DNA of 64,000 nucleotides from Shigella phage vB_SsoM_JK08. The stretch lies in the sequence record LR877332. One strand, given 5' to 3'. Under the pieces are notes generated by a model. That model saw only the letters and a list, made by a program, of their open reading frames with translations. It did no database searches and had not been told where the DNA came from. Each line of letters opens with the position of its first letter. Within the stretch, counting starts at the first letter, position 1. Shown piece after piece: positions 48,170 through 58,824 of the stretch. Made by a program: the position numbers and the translations under genes.

Positions 48170-48337
48170 CTATAGCAAAAGTTGCGTTTCATTTAATTGT
48201 TCTTCCGAACTTTCTGAAACTGGTAGTTCTTTAATGTAATTATAGCAAGGCCCAGGATGTACAGGACCTTTGTCTGTTTCAACAACCAATGCAGAATCGA
48301 TTGGAGTTTTACAGACAACACAAATCTTATCTGACAT
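48170..48337 (-). CDS. small Cys-containing protein (uvsY.-1-like), absent from ORF track
   Basis: 55 aa (MSDKICVVCKTP...GPCYNY...), below the track size cutoff; strong ribosome-binding site GAGGAG 7 nt upstream of ATG 48335-48337. Confidence 0.5.
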   Translation of the reverse strand: MSDKICVVCKTPIDSALVVETDKGPVHPGPCYNYIKELPVSESSEEQLNETQLLL

Positions 48338-48365
48338 GATTGTCTCCTCTGAATTATATATCTAT

Positions 48366-48590
48366 TTATACAACTCTCATATGCATATCAATGCCCATAT
48401 CTTTAGAATAAAAATATTCATCAAGATATCCGGCAAATTTTCCTTTAATATAAAGAACATCTTCACCGCACGGGTGGTCGGCCAGGATACGAATATCCTG
48501 ACGCTTAAGATTATGCTTTTTCATTAAGAATTGAATTTCCGTTTCAAATTCTTCTTCATAATTAAAAGCATCATCAATGCTATATCTCAT
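48366..48590 (-). CDS. uvsY.-2: hypothetical protein (uvsY.-2-like)
   Basis: 74 aa; stop/start overlap with uvsY. Confidence 0.6.
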   Translation of the reverse strand: MRYSIDDAFNYEEEFETEIQFLMKKHNLKRQDIRILADHPCGEDVLYIKGKFAGYLDEYFYSKDMGIDMHMRVV

Positions 48591-49003
48591 TATTTTCCAG
48601 CCTCAAATGCTCGCATGTCTTGAATATGCTTAATAGCAAATCCACGTGATTTAATAGCATCAAGAGCTCCGCTACAGAAATCTAATAAAATCCCCCAATA
48701 CTGTAACGAGGTATCAACCTTTAAAACATCCTTATCAGCTGATAGAACTGTCTTCATTTCTGATTTCTCGTAACGATCCATACTAAATTCATCACCATCT
48801 CCTCGTCCCGAGTAGTAGTCTAATTTAGCTTTAAGAGCAACTTTTTTCTGTGCATCAATTCTAAGCATTTCCTTTTTAATACTTGAATGCTTATTAAGCC
48901 ATTTACTATATAACATCACATTATTAGCTGCTTCATACTGTAATTTAGTCGAATCTATAAATACATCTTTCTTCAATTCTTCTTGAAGATCTTCTAATCT
49001 CAT
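48590..49003 (-). CDS. uvsY: UvsY recombination mediator
   Basis: 137 aa, same length and position as T4 UvsY. Confidence 0.9.
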   Translation of the reverse strand: MRLEDLQEELKKDVFIDSTKLQYEAANNVMLYSKWLNKHSSIKKEMLRIDAQKKVALKAKLDYYSGRGDGDEFSMDRYEKSEMKTVLSADKDVLKVDTSLQYWGILLDFCSGALDAIKSRGFAIKHIQDMRAFEAGK

Positions 49004-49069
49004 ATTGTTCTCTATTCAATTGTTATTGGATGGACTTAGATTCATTATACCACGTTTATACGTGAAGCA

Positions 49070-49468
49070 TTATACTCTATTACTGGAAGCCAGTTGTAGT
49101 TTTATTTGCTCAATATCATCAGGGTTATCGATGACTGAAAAGCGTATTTCTACTATCAAAGTATAATCATCATAAACCGGTATTACATTAACTGCTAATT
49201 TATCAATACGTGGCTCATAGTTTCTTACTGCGCTTTCGATATTACGCTCAACCGTGTCAGCAGTAAGAGGAGTCATATTCTCAAAAAGTTGGTCAGATAA
49301 ATCGCATCCAAATTCAGGGTCAAACGGTCTTGAACCTTTTCTTGTTGTAATAATTCCTAAAAGACTATTTTTAATTGACCTTAATCCAAGTGATCTTGAA
49401 ACGTCTTTGTTCCAATCCATTTTCATCTCTGGGTCAATATCAGAATAAAGCTTATTAATATTTGCCAT
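49070..49468 (-). CDS. 25: gp25 baseplate wedge protein
   Basis: 132 aa, matches T4 gp25. Confidence 0.9.
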   Translation of the reverse strand: MANINKLYSDIDPEMKMDWNKDVSRSLGLRSIKNSLLGIITTRKGSRPFDPEFGCDLSDQLFENMTPLTADTVERNIESAVRNYEPRIDKLAVNVIPVYDDYTLIVEIRFSVIDNPDDIEQIKLQLASSNRV

Positions 49469-50094
49469 TACAATAGCTCAAAGAATTCTTTGAGTCCTCT
49501 TATTACATGAGCGTGAGTTTTTCCACACTCTGGACATTTAATTGGAACAGCCAAATAAACAGTAGGCTTTAAAAGCATATCTTTTATAGCTACAATATCT
49601 GACTCTGCGATGATAGAATATAAATCTTCCAGTTCTTTTTCATTTAAGTCTTCAACTGGAATGCTTTCACCGTTAGCATGAATCGTTTCTATACATGATA
49701 CTATCATGTGGGCTATATTTTTATCATCAAAAATTTTAGGGTAATGGAATTTAATTTTAATGTCACCCAGTGTATACCAGAGGTCTTCTGGTGCATCTAT
49801 TTGTGTATGTAATAGATTTATATGGGTTGGTATTTCAGTTCCACAGGTGCACTTCCAGGAGTTTTCGTGATTAACTTCTCCAAGAGAATGCGCCCATAAA
49901 TGAATCAGTAATAGTTCTGATTCTTGGCGGTTTAAATCTTTTGCATTTGTACAGTCTTTGATTAGCTTTTTAACAATCTCTTCTACTGAACCATTCTTTT
50001 TAGCAGTAATAAGTTCTAGATATTCTTTAAGAGTAAATGCGCGACAGTTGATTATTTTAGAACCAACTCTCACATCAAATTTGTATTCATACAT
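49468..50094 (-). CDS. 26: gp26 baseplate hub protein
   Basis: 208 aa, matches T4 gp26. Confidence 0.85.
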   Translation of the reverse strand: MYEYKFDVRVGSKIINCRAFTLKEYLELITAKKNGSVEEIVKKLIKDCTNAKDLNRQESELLLIHLWAHSLGEVNHENSWKCTCGTEIPTHINLLHTQIDAPEDLWYTLGDIKIKFHYPKIFDDKNIAHMIVSCIETIHANGESIPVEDLNEKELEDLYSIIAESDIVAIKDMLLKPTVYLAVPIKCPECGKTHAHVIRGLKEFFELL

Positions 50095-50115
50095 ATTTAG
50101 CTCCTTTATTTATCA

Positions 50116-50123
50116 TATTTATA
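50116..50123 (-). promoter_or_regulatory. late promoter TATAAATA for genes 26-25
   Basis: Minus-strand TATAAATA about 22 nt upstream of ATG 50094; overlaps the plus-strand promoter within palindrome ATTTATAAAT. Confidence 0.55.
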
Positions 50124-50127
50124 AATA
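50120..50127 (+). promoter_or_regulatory. late promoter TATAAATA for gene 51
   Basis: Exact TATAAATA about 18 nt upstream of ATG 50145. Confidence 0.55.
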
Positions 50128-50144
50128 GAATAAAAGGAGCATCT

Positions 50145-50897
50145 ATGGCAAACATTATTCGTTGTAAATTACCAGATGGTGTTCATCGTTTTAAACCATT
50201 TACGGTAGAAGATTATCGAGATTTTTTGTTAGTTCGAAACGATATAGAACATCGGTCACCACAAGAACAAAAAGAAGTAATTGCTGATTTAATTGCTGAT
50301 TATTTTGGAGACTATCCAAAGACTTGGCAACCATTTATATTTTTGCAGGTATTTGTAGGTTCAATAGGTAAAACTAAAGTACCGGTCACATTTGTATGTC
50401 CAAAATGTAAAAAAGAAAAGACAGTTCCATTTGAAATATATCAAAAAGAATTAAAGGAACCTGTTTTTGATGTAGCTAATGTTAAAATTAAATTAAAGTT
50501 TCCTTCTGAGTTTTATGAAAATAAAGCAAAGATGATTACTGAAAATATTCATTCTGTTCAAGTAGATGAAATATGGTATGATTGGAAGGAAATTAGCGAG
50601 TCCAGTCAAATAGAACTAGTTGACGCCATCGAGATAGAAACATTAGAAAAAATTCTCGATGCAATGAATCCTATTAATTTAACATTGCACATGTCGTGTT
50701 GTGATAAGTACATTAAAAAATACACTGATATAGTAGATGTGTTTAAGCTATTAGTTAATCCAGATGAGATATTTACTTTTTATCAAATTAATCACACGCT
50801 TGTAAAAAGTAATTATAGCTTAAATTCAATAATGAAAATGATTCCTGCCGAGCGCGGATTCGTATTAAAACTGATTGAGAAGGATAAACATCAATGA
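50145..50897 (+). CDS. 51: gp51 baseplate hub assembly protein
   Basis: 250 aa (T4 249), position matches. Confidence 0.85.
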   Translation: MANIIRCKLPDGVHRFKPFTVEDYRDFLLVRNDIEHRSPQEQKEVIADLIADYFGDYPKTWQPFIFLQVFVGSIGKTKVPVTFVCPKCKKEKTVPFEIYQKELKEPVFDVANVKIKLKFPSEFYENKAKMITENIHSVQVDEIWYDWKEISESSQIELVDAIEIETLEKILDAMNPINLTLHMSCCDKYIKKYTDIVDVFKLLVNPDEIFTFYQINHTLVKSNYSLNSIMKMIPAERGFVLKLIEKDKHQ

Positions 50898-52066
50898 GTA
50901 TGTTACAACGTCCTGGATATCCAAATCTCAGCGTTAAATTATTTGAGAGTTATGACGCTTGGAGTAATAATAGATTTGTTGAATTAGCTGCTACTATTAC
51001 CACATTAACTATGCGTGACTCTCTTTATGGTCGAAATGAAGGAATGCTGCAGTTTTATGATTCTAAAAACATCCATACAAAAATGGATGGAAATGAAATA
51101 ATTCAGATTTCTGTAGCTAATGCAAATGATATTAATAATGTTAAAACACGAATTTATGGATGTAAGCATTTTTCCGTGTCAGTAGATTCAAAAGGCGATA
51201 ACATCATTGCTATTGAATTGGGAACTATTCATTCTATAGAAAATCTTAAATTTGGTAGACCATTTTTCCCTGATGCCGGTGAATCTATAAAAGAAATGCT
51301 TGGTGTCATTTATCAAGACCGTACATTATTAACTCCAGCAATAAATGCTATAAATGCTTATGTTCCTGATATTCCATGGACTAGCACATTTGAAAACTAT
51401 TTGTCATATGTCAGAGAAGTTGCTCTAGCTGTAGGAAGTGACAAATTTGTATTTGTATGGCAAGACATCATGGGAGTTAACATGATGGACTATGATATGA
51501 TGATAAATCAAGAACCATATCCAATGATTGTAGGTGAGCCAACTTTAATAGGTCAATTCGTCCAAGAATTGAAATATCCATTAGCATATGATTTTGTTTG
51601 GTTGACTAAATCAAACCCGCATAAACGTGATCCAATGAAAAATGCTACTATCTATGCTCATTCATTTTTAGATTCTTCATTACCAATGATTACTACAGGA
51701 AAGGGTGAAAACTCTATTGTAGTGTCAAGGTCAGGTGCTTATTCTGAAATGACTTATAGAAATGGATATGAAGAAGCTATTCGTCTTCAGACTATGGCGC
51801 AATATGACGGCTATGCTAAATGTTCTACTGTCGGTAATTTTAACTTGACTCCTGGCGTTAAAATTATTTTTAATGATAGTAAAAACCAATTTAAAACAGA
51901 ATTTTACGTTGATGAAGTTATTCACGAATTATCAAATAATAATTCCGTAACTCATCTATATATGTTCACTAATGCAACGAAACTGGAAACAATCGACCCA
52001 GTTAAGGTTAAAAATGAATTTAAATCTGATACTACCACTGAAGAAAGTAGTTCTTCCAATAAGTAA
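50894..52066 (+). CDS. 27: gp27 baseplate hub protein
   Basis: 390 aa (T4 391). Confidence 0.9.
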   Translation: MSMLQRPGYPNLSVKLFESYDAWSNNRFVELAATITTLTMRDSLYGRNEGMLQFYDSKNIHTKMDGNEIIQISVANANDINNVKTRIYGCKHFSVSVDSKGDNIIAIELGTIHSIENLKFGRPFFPDAGESIKEMLGVIYQDRTLLTPAINAINAYVPDIPWTSTFENYLSYVREVALAVGSDKFVFVWQDIMGVNMMDYDMMINQEPYPMIVGEPTLIGQFVQELKYPLAYDFVWLTKSNPHKRDPMKNATIYAHSFLDSSLPMITTGKGENSIVVSRSGAYSEMTYRNGYEEAIRLQTMAQYDGYAKCSTVGNFNLTPGVKIIFNDSKNQFKTEFYVDEVIHELSNNNSVTHLYMFTNATKLETIDPVKVKNEFKSDTTTEESSSSNK

Positions 52067-52547
52067 TAAAGAAGTTTCTATTCCTAAGATGGGTCTTAAA
52101 CATTATAACATTTTAAAAGATGTTAAAGGTCCTGATGAAAATTTAAAACTTCTTATTGATTCTATTTGTCCGAATTTATCACCGGCAGAAGTTGATTTCG
52201 TTTCCATTCATTTATTGGAATTTAATGGAAAGATTAAATCCCGTAAAGAAATAGATGGTTATACTTATGATATTAATGACGTTTATGTATGTCAAAGATT
52301 GGAATTTCAATACCAAGGAAATACATTTTATTTTAGACCTCCTGGAAAATTTGAACAATTTTTAACTGTAAGCGATATGTTATCCAAATGCTTGCTTAAG
52401 GTCAATGATGAAGTTAAAGAAATTAATTTTCTTGAGATGCCAGCATTTGTTTTAAAATGGGCAAATGATATTTCTACAACTTTAGCAATTCCTGGCCCTA
52501 ATGGTCCAATAACCGGAATTGGCAATATTATTGGATTATTTGAATGA
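52014..52547 (+). CDS. 28: gp28 baseplate hub distal subunit
   Basis: Start at ATG 52014 with AAGG upstream gives 177 aa as in T4; the track start 51972 is 14 codons earlier inside gp27. Confidence 0.75.
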   Translation: MNLNLILPLKKVVLPISNKEVSIPKMGLKHYNILKDVKGPDENLKLLIDSICPNLSPAEVDFVSIHLLEFNGKIKSRKEIDGYTYDINDVYVCQRLEFQYQGNTFYFRPPGKFEQFLTVSDMLSKCLLKVNDEVKEINFLEMPAFVLKWANDISTTLAIPGPNGPITGIGNIIGLFE

Positions 52548-54316
52548 AAAAGCCACAAGAAATGCAAACGATGCGTAGAAAAGTTATTTCAGATAATAAA
52601 CCAACACAGGAAGCGGCTAAATCCGCTTCTAATACTTTATCTGGTCTTAATGACATTTCTACAAAATTAGATGATGCTCAAGCTGCCTCTGAATTAATAG
52701 CTCAGACTGTTGAAGAAAAATCAAATGAAATAGTTGGAGCAATTGATAACGTTGAAAGCGCAGTAAGTGATACTACTGCCGGTTCTGAGTTAATTGCCGA
52801 GACTGTTGAAATTGGCAATAATATCAATAAAGAAATAGGCGAATCACTCGGAAGCAAATTAGATAAATTAACGAGTTTATTAGAACAAAAAATTCAAACA
52901 GCTGGAATTCAACAGACTGGAACGAGTTTAGCAGTAGTAGAAAATGCTATTCCTGTTAAAGTCGTCGAGGATGATACAGCTGAATCTGTGGGTCCTTTAT
53001 TACCGGCTCCTGAAGCAGTTAATAATGATCCTGATGCTGATTTTTTCCCTACTCCTCAGCCAATTGAACCAAAACAAGAGTCTCCAGAAGAGAAGCAAAA
53101 AAGAGACGCATTTAACTTAAAATTATCTCAAGCTTTAGATAAATTAACAAAGACAGTTGATTTCGGATTTAAGAAATCTATTTCAATTACTGATAAAATA
53201 TCTAGCATGCTATTTAAGTATACCGTCAGTGCTGCTATTGAAGCTGCTAAAATGGTTGCATTGATAATGGCTGTTGTTATTGGAATAGACCTGCTGATGG
53301 TTCATTTTAAATACTGGTCAGATAAATTTTCAAAAGCCTGGGATTTATTTAGCACTGATTTTAAAACTTTCTCAAGCGAAACAGGAACTTGGGGCCCTTT
53401 ATTACAAAGCATCTTTGAATCTATTGATGAAATTAAAAAGTTCTGGGAAGCTGGAGATTGGGGCGGATTAACAGTAGCTATTGTTGAAGGGCTTGGAAGT
53501 GTTCTTTATAATTTAGGAGAGCTTATTCAATTAGGTATGGCTAAATTATCTGCAGCAATTCTTCGAGTCATTCCTGGCATGAAGGATACTGCTGATGAAG
53601 TAGAAGGAAGAGCATTAGAAAATTTCCAAAATTCTACTGGAGCATCTCTTAATAAAGAAGACCAAGAAAAAGTAGCAAATTATCAAGATAAACGAATGAA
53701 TGATGATCTTGGCCCAATAGCAAAAGGATTAGACAAAATTGCGAACTGGAAAACTCGTGCATCTAACTGGATTCGTGGTGTAGATAATAAAGAAGCATTG
53801 ACTACTGACGAAGAACGCGCAGCAGAAGAAGAAAAATTAAAACAACTTTCACCGGAAGAAAGAAAAAATGCTTTAATGAAAGCTAATGAAGCTCGTGCTG
53901 CGATGATTCGTTTTGAAAAATACGCTGATTCAGCTGATATGAGCAAAGACTCGACAGTTAAATCAATTGAAGCTGCTCATGAAGACCTTAAAAAACGAAT
54001 GAATGATCCGGATTTAAATAATTCACCAGCAGTTAAAAAAGAACTTGCTTCTAGATTTGCTAAAATTGATGCCACTTATCAAGAGCTCAAGAAAAATCAA
54101 CCTGAAGCAAAACCTGAAACTTCTGCTAAATCACCAGAAGCAAAACAGGTCCAGGTGATTGAAAAGAACAAAGCACAACAAGCTCCTGTTCAACAAGCAT
54201 CTCCTTCAATCAATAATACTAATAATGTTATTAAGAAAAATACTGTCGTTCATAATATGACACCTGTCACAAGCACAACTGCTCCTGGTGTATTTGGTGC
54301 GACGGGAGTTAATTAA
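52544..54316 (+). CDS. 29: gp29 tail tape measure / baseplate hub protein
   Basis: 590 aa, matches T4 gp29. Confidence 0.9.
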   Translation: MKKPQEMQTMRRKVISDNKPTQEAAKSASNTLSGLNDISTKLDDAQAASELIAQTVEEKSNEIVGAIDNVESAVSDTTAGSELIAETVEIGNNINKEIGESLGSKLDKLTSLLEQKIQTAGIQQTGTSLAVVENAIPVKVVEDDTAESVGPLLPAPEAVNNDPDADFFPTPQPIEPKQESPEEKQKRDAFNLKLSQALDKLTKTVDFGFKKSISITDKISSMLFKYTVSAAIEAAKMVALIMAVVIGIDLLMVHFKYWSDKFSKAWDLFSTDFKTFSSETGTWGPLLQSIFESIDEIKKFWEAGDWGGLTVAIVEGLGSVLYNLGELIQLGMAKLSAAILRVIPGMKDTADEVEGRALENFQNSTGASLNKEDQEKVANYQDKRMNDDLGPIAKGLDKIANWKTRASNWIRGVDNKEALTTDEERAAEEEKLKQLSPEERKNALMKANEARAAMIRFEKYADSADMSKDSTVKSIEAAHEDLKKRMNDPDLNNSPAVKKELASRFAKIDATYQELKKNQPEAKPETSAKSPEAKQVQVIEKNKAQQAPVQQASPSINNTNNVIKKNTVVHNMTPVTSTTAPGVFGATGVN

Positions 54317-54324
54317 GGAATAAT

Positions 54325-55419
54325 ATGGCAATTGTTAAAGAAATAACTGCTGATTTAATTAAAAAGTCCGGTGAAACAATTTCAGCCGGACAGAGTACTA
54401 AATCAGAAGTAGGAACTAAAACATACACAGCCCAGTTTCCAACTGGGCGTGCTAGTGGTAATGACACTACAGGGGACTTCCAGGTAACAGATCTATATAA
54501 GAATGGATTATTATTTACTGCATACAATATGTCATCTAGGGATTCTGGAAGTCTTAGAACGATGAGATCTAACTACTCTTCTTCATCTTCGAGTATTTTA
54601 CGTACAGCCAGAAACACTATCAGTAATACAGTATCAAAACTATCAAATGGACTAATATCAGATAATAATTCAGGAGCAATAAGTAAAGTTCCTGTTGCAA
54701 ATATTCTTTTACCTAGATCTAAATCTGACGTCGATACGTCATCACATAGATTTAATGATGTTCAAGATAGTCTTATTACAAAAGGTGGAGGTACTGCTAC
54801 TGGTGTGCTAAGCAATATGGCTTCAACCGCAGTATTTGGAGCGCTGGAAAGTATAACACAAGGTATAATGGCTGATAATAATGAACAGATTTATACGACA
54901 GCCAGAAGCATGTACGGCGGTGCTGAAAATAGAACTAAAGTGTTCACTTGGGATTTGACTCCGCGCTCAACAGAAGATTTAATGGCTATTATTAATATCT
55001 ATCAGTATTTTAACTATTTTTCTTACGGTGAAACTGGTAAATCTCAATATGCTGCTGAAATAAAAGGATATTTAGATGAGTGGTACCGTTCTACTTTTAT
55101 TGAGCCGTTAACTCCAGAAGATGCAGTTAAAAATAAGACGTTATTTGAGAAAATGACATCGAGTTTAACTAACGTTCTTGTAGTTTCAAACCCGACAATT
55201 TGGATGGTGAAAAACTTTGGTGCAACATCTAAGTTTGATGGAAAAACGGAAATATTCGGTCCATGTCAAATCCAGAGTATCAGATTTGATAAAACACCTA
55301 ATGGTAACTTTAACGGATTAGCTATTGCTCCAAATCTCCCTAGTACATTTACTCTCGAGATTACTATGAGAGAAATTATCACGTTAAACCGTGCTTCTTT
55401 ATATGCGGGGACTTTTTAA
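54325..55419 (+). CDS. 48: gp48 baseplate-tail tube junction protein
   Basis: 364 aa, matches T4 gp48. Confidence 0.9.
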   Translation: MAIVKEITADLIKKSGETISAGQSTKSEVGTKTYTAQFPTGRASGNDTTGDFQVTDLYKNGLLFTAYNMSSRDSGSLRTMRSNYSSSSSSILRTARNTISNTVSKLSNGLISDNNSGAISKVPVANILLPRSKSDVDTSSHRFNDVQDSLITKGGGTATGVLSNMASTAVFGALESITQGIMADNNEQIYTTARSMYGGAENRTKVFTWDLTPRSTEDLMAIINIYQYFNYFSYGETGKSQYAAEIKGYLDEWYRSTFIEPLTPEDAVKNKTLFEKMTSSLTNVLVVSNPTIWMVKNFGATSKFDGKTEIFGPCQIQSIRFDKTPNGNFNGLAIAPNLPSTFTLEITMREIITLNRASLYAGTF

Positions 55420-56384
55420 TGTATTCTTTAGAGGAATTTAATAATCAAGCAATAAACGCAGATTTCCAACGTAATAATATGTTCAGCTGTGTTTTTGCTA
55501 CAACTCCATCAACTAAAAGCTCTTCGTTGATAAGTTCAATTAGCAACTTTTCTTATAATAACTTGGGCCTAAATTCAGATTGGTTAGGATTAACTCAAGG
55601 CGATATTAATCAGGGAATTACTACGCTAATTACAGCTGGCACACAAAAACTGATAAGAAAATCAGGGGTTAGTAAATATCTTATTGGTGCCATGAGTCAA
55701 CGTACAGTTCAAAGTTTATTAGGCTCATTTACAGTTGGTACATATTTAATTGACTTCTTTAACATGGCATATAACTCATCTGGATTGATGATATACTCTG
55801 TAAAAATGCCAGAGAATAGATTATCCTATGAAACTGACTGGAACTATAATTCTCCTAATATTCGTATAACTGGGAGAGAATTAGACCCTTTGGTTATTTC
55901 ATTCAGAATGGATTCAGAAGCTTGTAACTATCGTGCAATGCAAGACTGGGTTAACGCTGTTCAAGACCCAGTAACTGGATTGCGTGCTTTGCCGCAAGAT
56001 GTCGAGGCAGATATTCAGGTTAATCTTCATTCTCGCAATGGATTACCACATACTGCGGTGATGTTCACTGGATGCATTCCAGTGTCCGTAAGCGCTCCTG
56101 AGTTATCATATGATGGAGATAACCAAATAACTACATTTGATGTTACTTTTGCGTATAGAGTGATGCAGGCTGGAGCAGTTGATAGACAAGCTGCCATTGA
56201 ATGGCTTGAATCTGCTACTATAAATGGTATTCAAAGCGTTCTCGGAAATAGTGGAGGTGTTACTGGACTATCTAATTCGCTTTCACGACTTAGTAGATTA
56301 GGGGGAACTGCAGGAAGCATTTCAAATATTAATACTATGACAGGAATTGTCAATTCGCAAAGTAAAATATTAGGAGCAATATAA
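55419..56384 (+). CDS. 54: gp54 baseplate-tail tube initiator
   Basis: 321 aa (T4 320), ATGA overlap with gp48. Confidence 0.9.
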   Translation: MYSLEEFNNQAINADFQRNNMFSCVFATTPSTKSSSLISSISNFSYNNLGLNSDWLGLTQGDINQGITTLITAGTQKLIRKSGVSKYLIGAMSQRTVQSLLGSFTVGTYLIDFFNMAYNSSGLMIYSVKMPENRLSYETDWNYNSPNIRITGRELDPLVISFRMDSEACNYRAMQDWVNAVQDPVTGLRALPQDVEADIQVNLHSRNGLPHTAVMFTGCIPVSVSAPELSYDGDNQITTFDVTFAYRVMQAGAVDRQAAIEWLESATINGIQSVLGNSGGVTGLSNSLSRLSRLGGTAGSISNINTMTGIVNSQSKILGAI

Positions 56385-56387
56385 CAA

Positions 56388-56417
56388 TGGGGACCTTTCG
56401 GTCCCCATATTTTTATT
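56388..56417 (+). terminator. rho-independent terminator after gene 54
   Basis: Hairpin TGGGGACCTTTCGGTCCCCA followed by TATTTTTATTT. Confidence 0.65.
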
Positions 56418-56703
56418 TACGGAATGAAATGAAAGCAGCAACTGAAGCAACTAAACTGTCTTCAATATAAACTTCAATTTTTACCGGAGCTTCTGACTCA
56501 AATTTACCTGTTACTACACCCTGAAAAATACTTTCAGTCTGTTCTGGCTTTGAAAAATTTTCAGAAGGAAAAATTCCGAACTTTTTATCTGTTCCAAAAA
56601 TTTTGATAAATTCATCGTAAACTGCTTCATTAAAAGCATTATCAGCAGGAATAACGCCTTCAACTACAAGTTCTTGACCTAAAAAGCGCAAAGAAGATTT
56701 CAT
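56413..56703 (-). CDS. hypothetical protein (alt-downstream ORF)
   Basis: 96 aa ORF directly after the alt paralogs on the minus strand. Confidence 0.55.
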   Translation of the reverse strand: MKSSLRFLGQELVVEGVIPADNAFNEAVYDEFIKIFGTDKKFGIFPSENFSKPEQTESIFQGVVTGKFESEAPVKIEVYIEDSLVASVAAFISFRK

Positions 56704-56763
56704 TTTGTGTTCCTCATGTTATGTCAGTAAGACTACTATAACACAACACGAGGGACTTGTAAA

Positions 56764-58821
56764 CTACATCTTGAACTTTTTAGACATTCCGTTGATGTTA
56801 ACCAAAGAAGCTAAGATTTGAGAAACTTCGTTTTCCTCTTCTTTTGATTCTTCTACAAGGAATTGATTAAATCCAGCCATTGGACGAACTTCACCAGTTT
56901 CCATCAAATGATCGCCATCATATACTGATTCTTCTAATTGCTCAGAAGGAGGAACGATTGTACCTTCGATTAGATACTTGTTATAAGCAGTTTCTTTCAT
57001 AAAGTAAGTACTTACTTTATTAATCTTCAGTAAAATTCCACGCGGTAGAATAACTTCAGCTTCTGATGGAAATCCTGATAAATGACCCGGAACGATAACT
57101 TTGATTCGCTCAGCTCCTTTAATTACCATACCCACGCTAGTTTCAGCATCTTCATTAGCATATGTAGAATGACTACCCATATGCATCAAATCTTCTGCAT
57201 CAACGGAACCTTCTCCTTCACCAGAAAATACTGCACCGGAATCATCTAGAGCCATATAGTTTTTACCATGCTCGCCGAAGATATTTGGTTTAAGCGATGT
57301 AGATACGAAGTTCTTGAAATAGAACATTTTGTTTTCAATGTTATGACGCAAAGTTTTAAAGGTAACTTCTTGTCCGCGATAAAGCGTAGTTCCTGGAGGA
57401 AGAACTGAACCTTTAGCGAATGCAGAATCCAACGTCTCGATGTGCTTAATAGCTCGTTCCATATATTCTTCACGGGTAGAATCTGGTTTACCCAAAAGGA
57501 ACGAGTTCATTTCAACATATGAATCTGCACAATAATCTTCAATTACATCAGATTCGGCCTGAGTCAGTCCTTTTGGAGTTACTTCAGTGCTTGCGTATTC
57601 ATATGCCTTGGCAGCAGATTCATTAATCAATTTATAAATGCCATTCATGACAAATTGAATAATAGCTGTCTTTTCATCTGGCGTAGCTTTAGAACCTTTA
57701 ACTAAATCATTAATAATTTTCTTAATAACATCAAAGCTATTAGAAATATTAATGTCAGCAAGATCGCTTAAAATTTTATCAGTTTTATAATCAAAGAATT
57801 CTTTATTCTTTAAATATTCTTGAGAACCTTGATATGTTATATCGCTCTGCAACTTGATAGATGGATCACGTAAACGTGCATGGGCCAATGCAATATGATT
57901 TCGGAAGCTTTCTAGTTCATAATCGTTAGATTTAAAACGAGAAGCACTTCTCATACCACCGATAGCTCCTTTGCTGAAGTTTGAACCAATCTGGATAACG
58001 CCAGAGTTCATCGGACCTTCTGCTTTATATACCGGAACTTTAGATTCAAACTCTTGATATTTCTTAGCAGCGAAGCTATCACCCTGAAGCGAAGCATCAA
58101 CAGTAGAATATTGAGCTTGTGCTGCTAATCGACGACTAATTTTAGTTTTCTGAATAACAGCTTGGTCCGTGCGCTTATCATTTTCTAAAGCAATAGAAGC
58201 AGCAACAGCAACAGCTTTAGGAACAGCATTTCCTGTTTTAACGTCTACATAAACATCACCGACCTTTGATTCAACTTTTGTGAATAACTCAGTTGAAATA
58301 GGAGGTACACCTGGAATGTCTTCTAAATTGGCATTTTTACGGTAAACCATAATATATGCATACTTTTTATCATAGTCCCAGATTTCCTTTAAAAGAACAT
58401 ATCGACCTGCTCCTTTAGTACGTACTAAACGGTCAGCAATAACTTGCATTTGACGAGCAGCGCCATTTGTTTTACTTTTTAGTACGCGGAATAAGCATGC
58501 ATCAATTTTATACTGTTTCATTGTTTGAAGAGCAGTATCAAAAACAGCGTTAATGACGCCAATTGGATTTCCACCCAAGTTTCTAAGTTTAACCAGTGAT
58601 AATTTCTCGTTGACACCTATCATTACGATATGCATCATTTTATCGCCCGGCTTAACGTTTTTATTTGTATCACCTCCAGAGGTGTATGTACAAAATCTAA
58701 ATCCAGGAAGCACGCTTTCTTCGCCGGCTTGAATAGCAAAAATTTGAGGTATTTTATGCTTAGGATTTAAGTTAACAACCGGCGCCGAAGCGCCGTCAAA
58801 TAATTCTGTAATAAGTTCCAT
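56764..58821 (-). CDS. alt: Alt-family mono-ADP-ribosyltransferase, paralog 1
   Basis: 685 aa (T4 Alt 682); N-terminus MELITELFD; C-terminal ART signature: R in TLYRGQ, STS in FVSTSL, ExE in EAEVILPRG. Confidence 0.85.
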   Translation of the reverse strand: MELITELFDGASAPVVNLNPKHKIPQIFAIQAGEESVLPGFRFCTYTSGGDTNKNVKPGDKMMHIVMIGVNEKLSLVKLRNLGGNPIGVINAVFDTALQTMKQYKIDACLFRVLKSKTNGAARQMQVIADRLVRTKGAGRYVLLKEIWDYDKKYAYIMVYRKNANLEDIPGVPPISTELFTKVESKVGDVYVDVKTGNAVPKAVAVAASIALENDKRTDQAVIQKTKISRRLAAQAQYSTVDASLQGDSFAAKKYQEFESKVPVYKAEGPMNSGVIQIGSNFSKGAIGGMRSASRFKSNDYELESFRNHIALAHARLRDPSIKLQSDITYQGSQEYLKNKEFFDYKTDKILSDLADINISNSFDVIKKIINDLVKGSKATPDEKTAIIQFVMNGIYKLINESAAKAYEYASTEVTPKGLTQAESDVIEDYCADSYVEMNSFLLGKPDSTREEYMERAIKHIETLDSAFAKGSVLPPGTTLYRGQEVTFKTLRHNIENKMFYFKNFVSTSLKPNIFGEHGKNYMALDDSGAVFSGEGEGSVDAEDLMHMGSHSTYANEDAETSVGMVIKGAERIKVIVPGHLSGFPSEAEVILPRGILLKINKVSTYFMKETAYNKYLIEGTIVPPSEQLEESVYDGDHLMETGEVRPMAGFNQFLVEESKEEENEVSQILASLVNINGMSKKFKM

Positions 58822-58824
58822 GAT

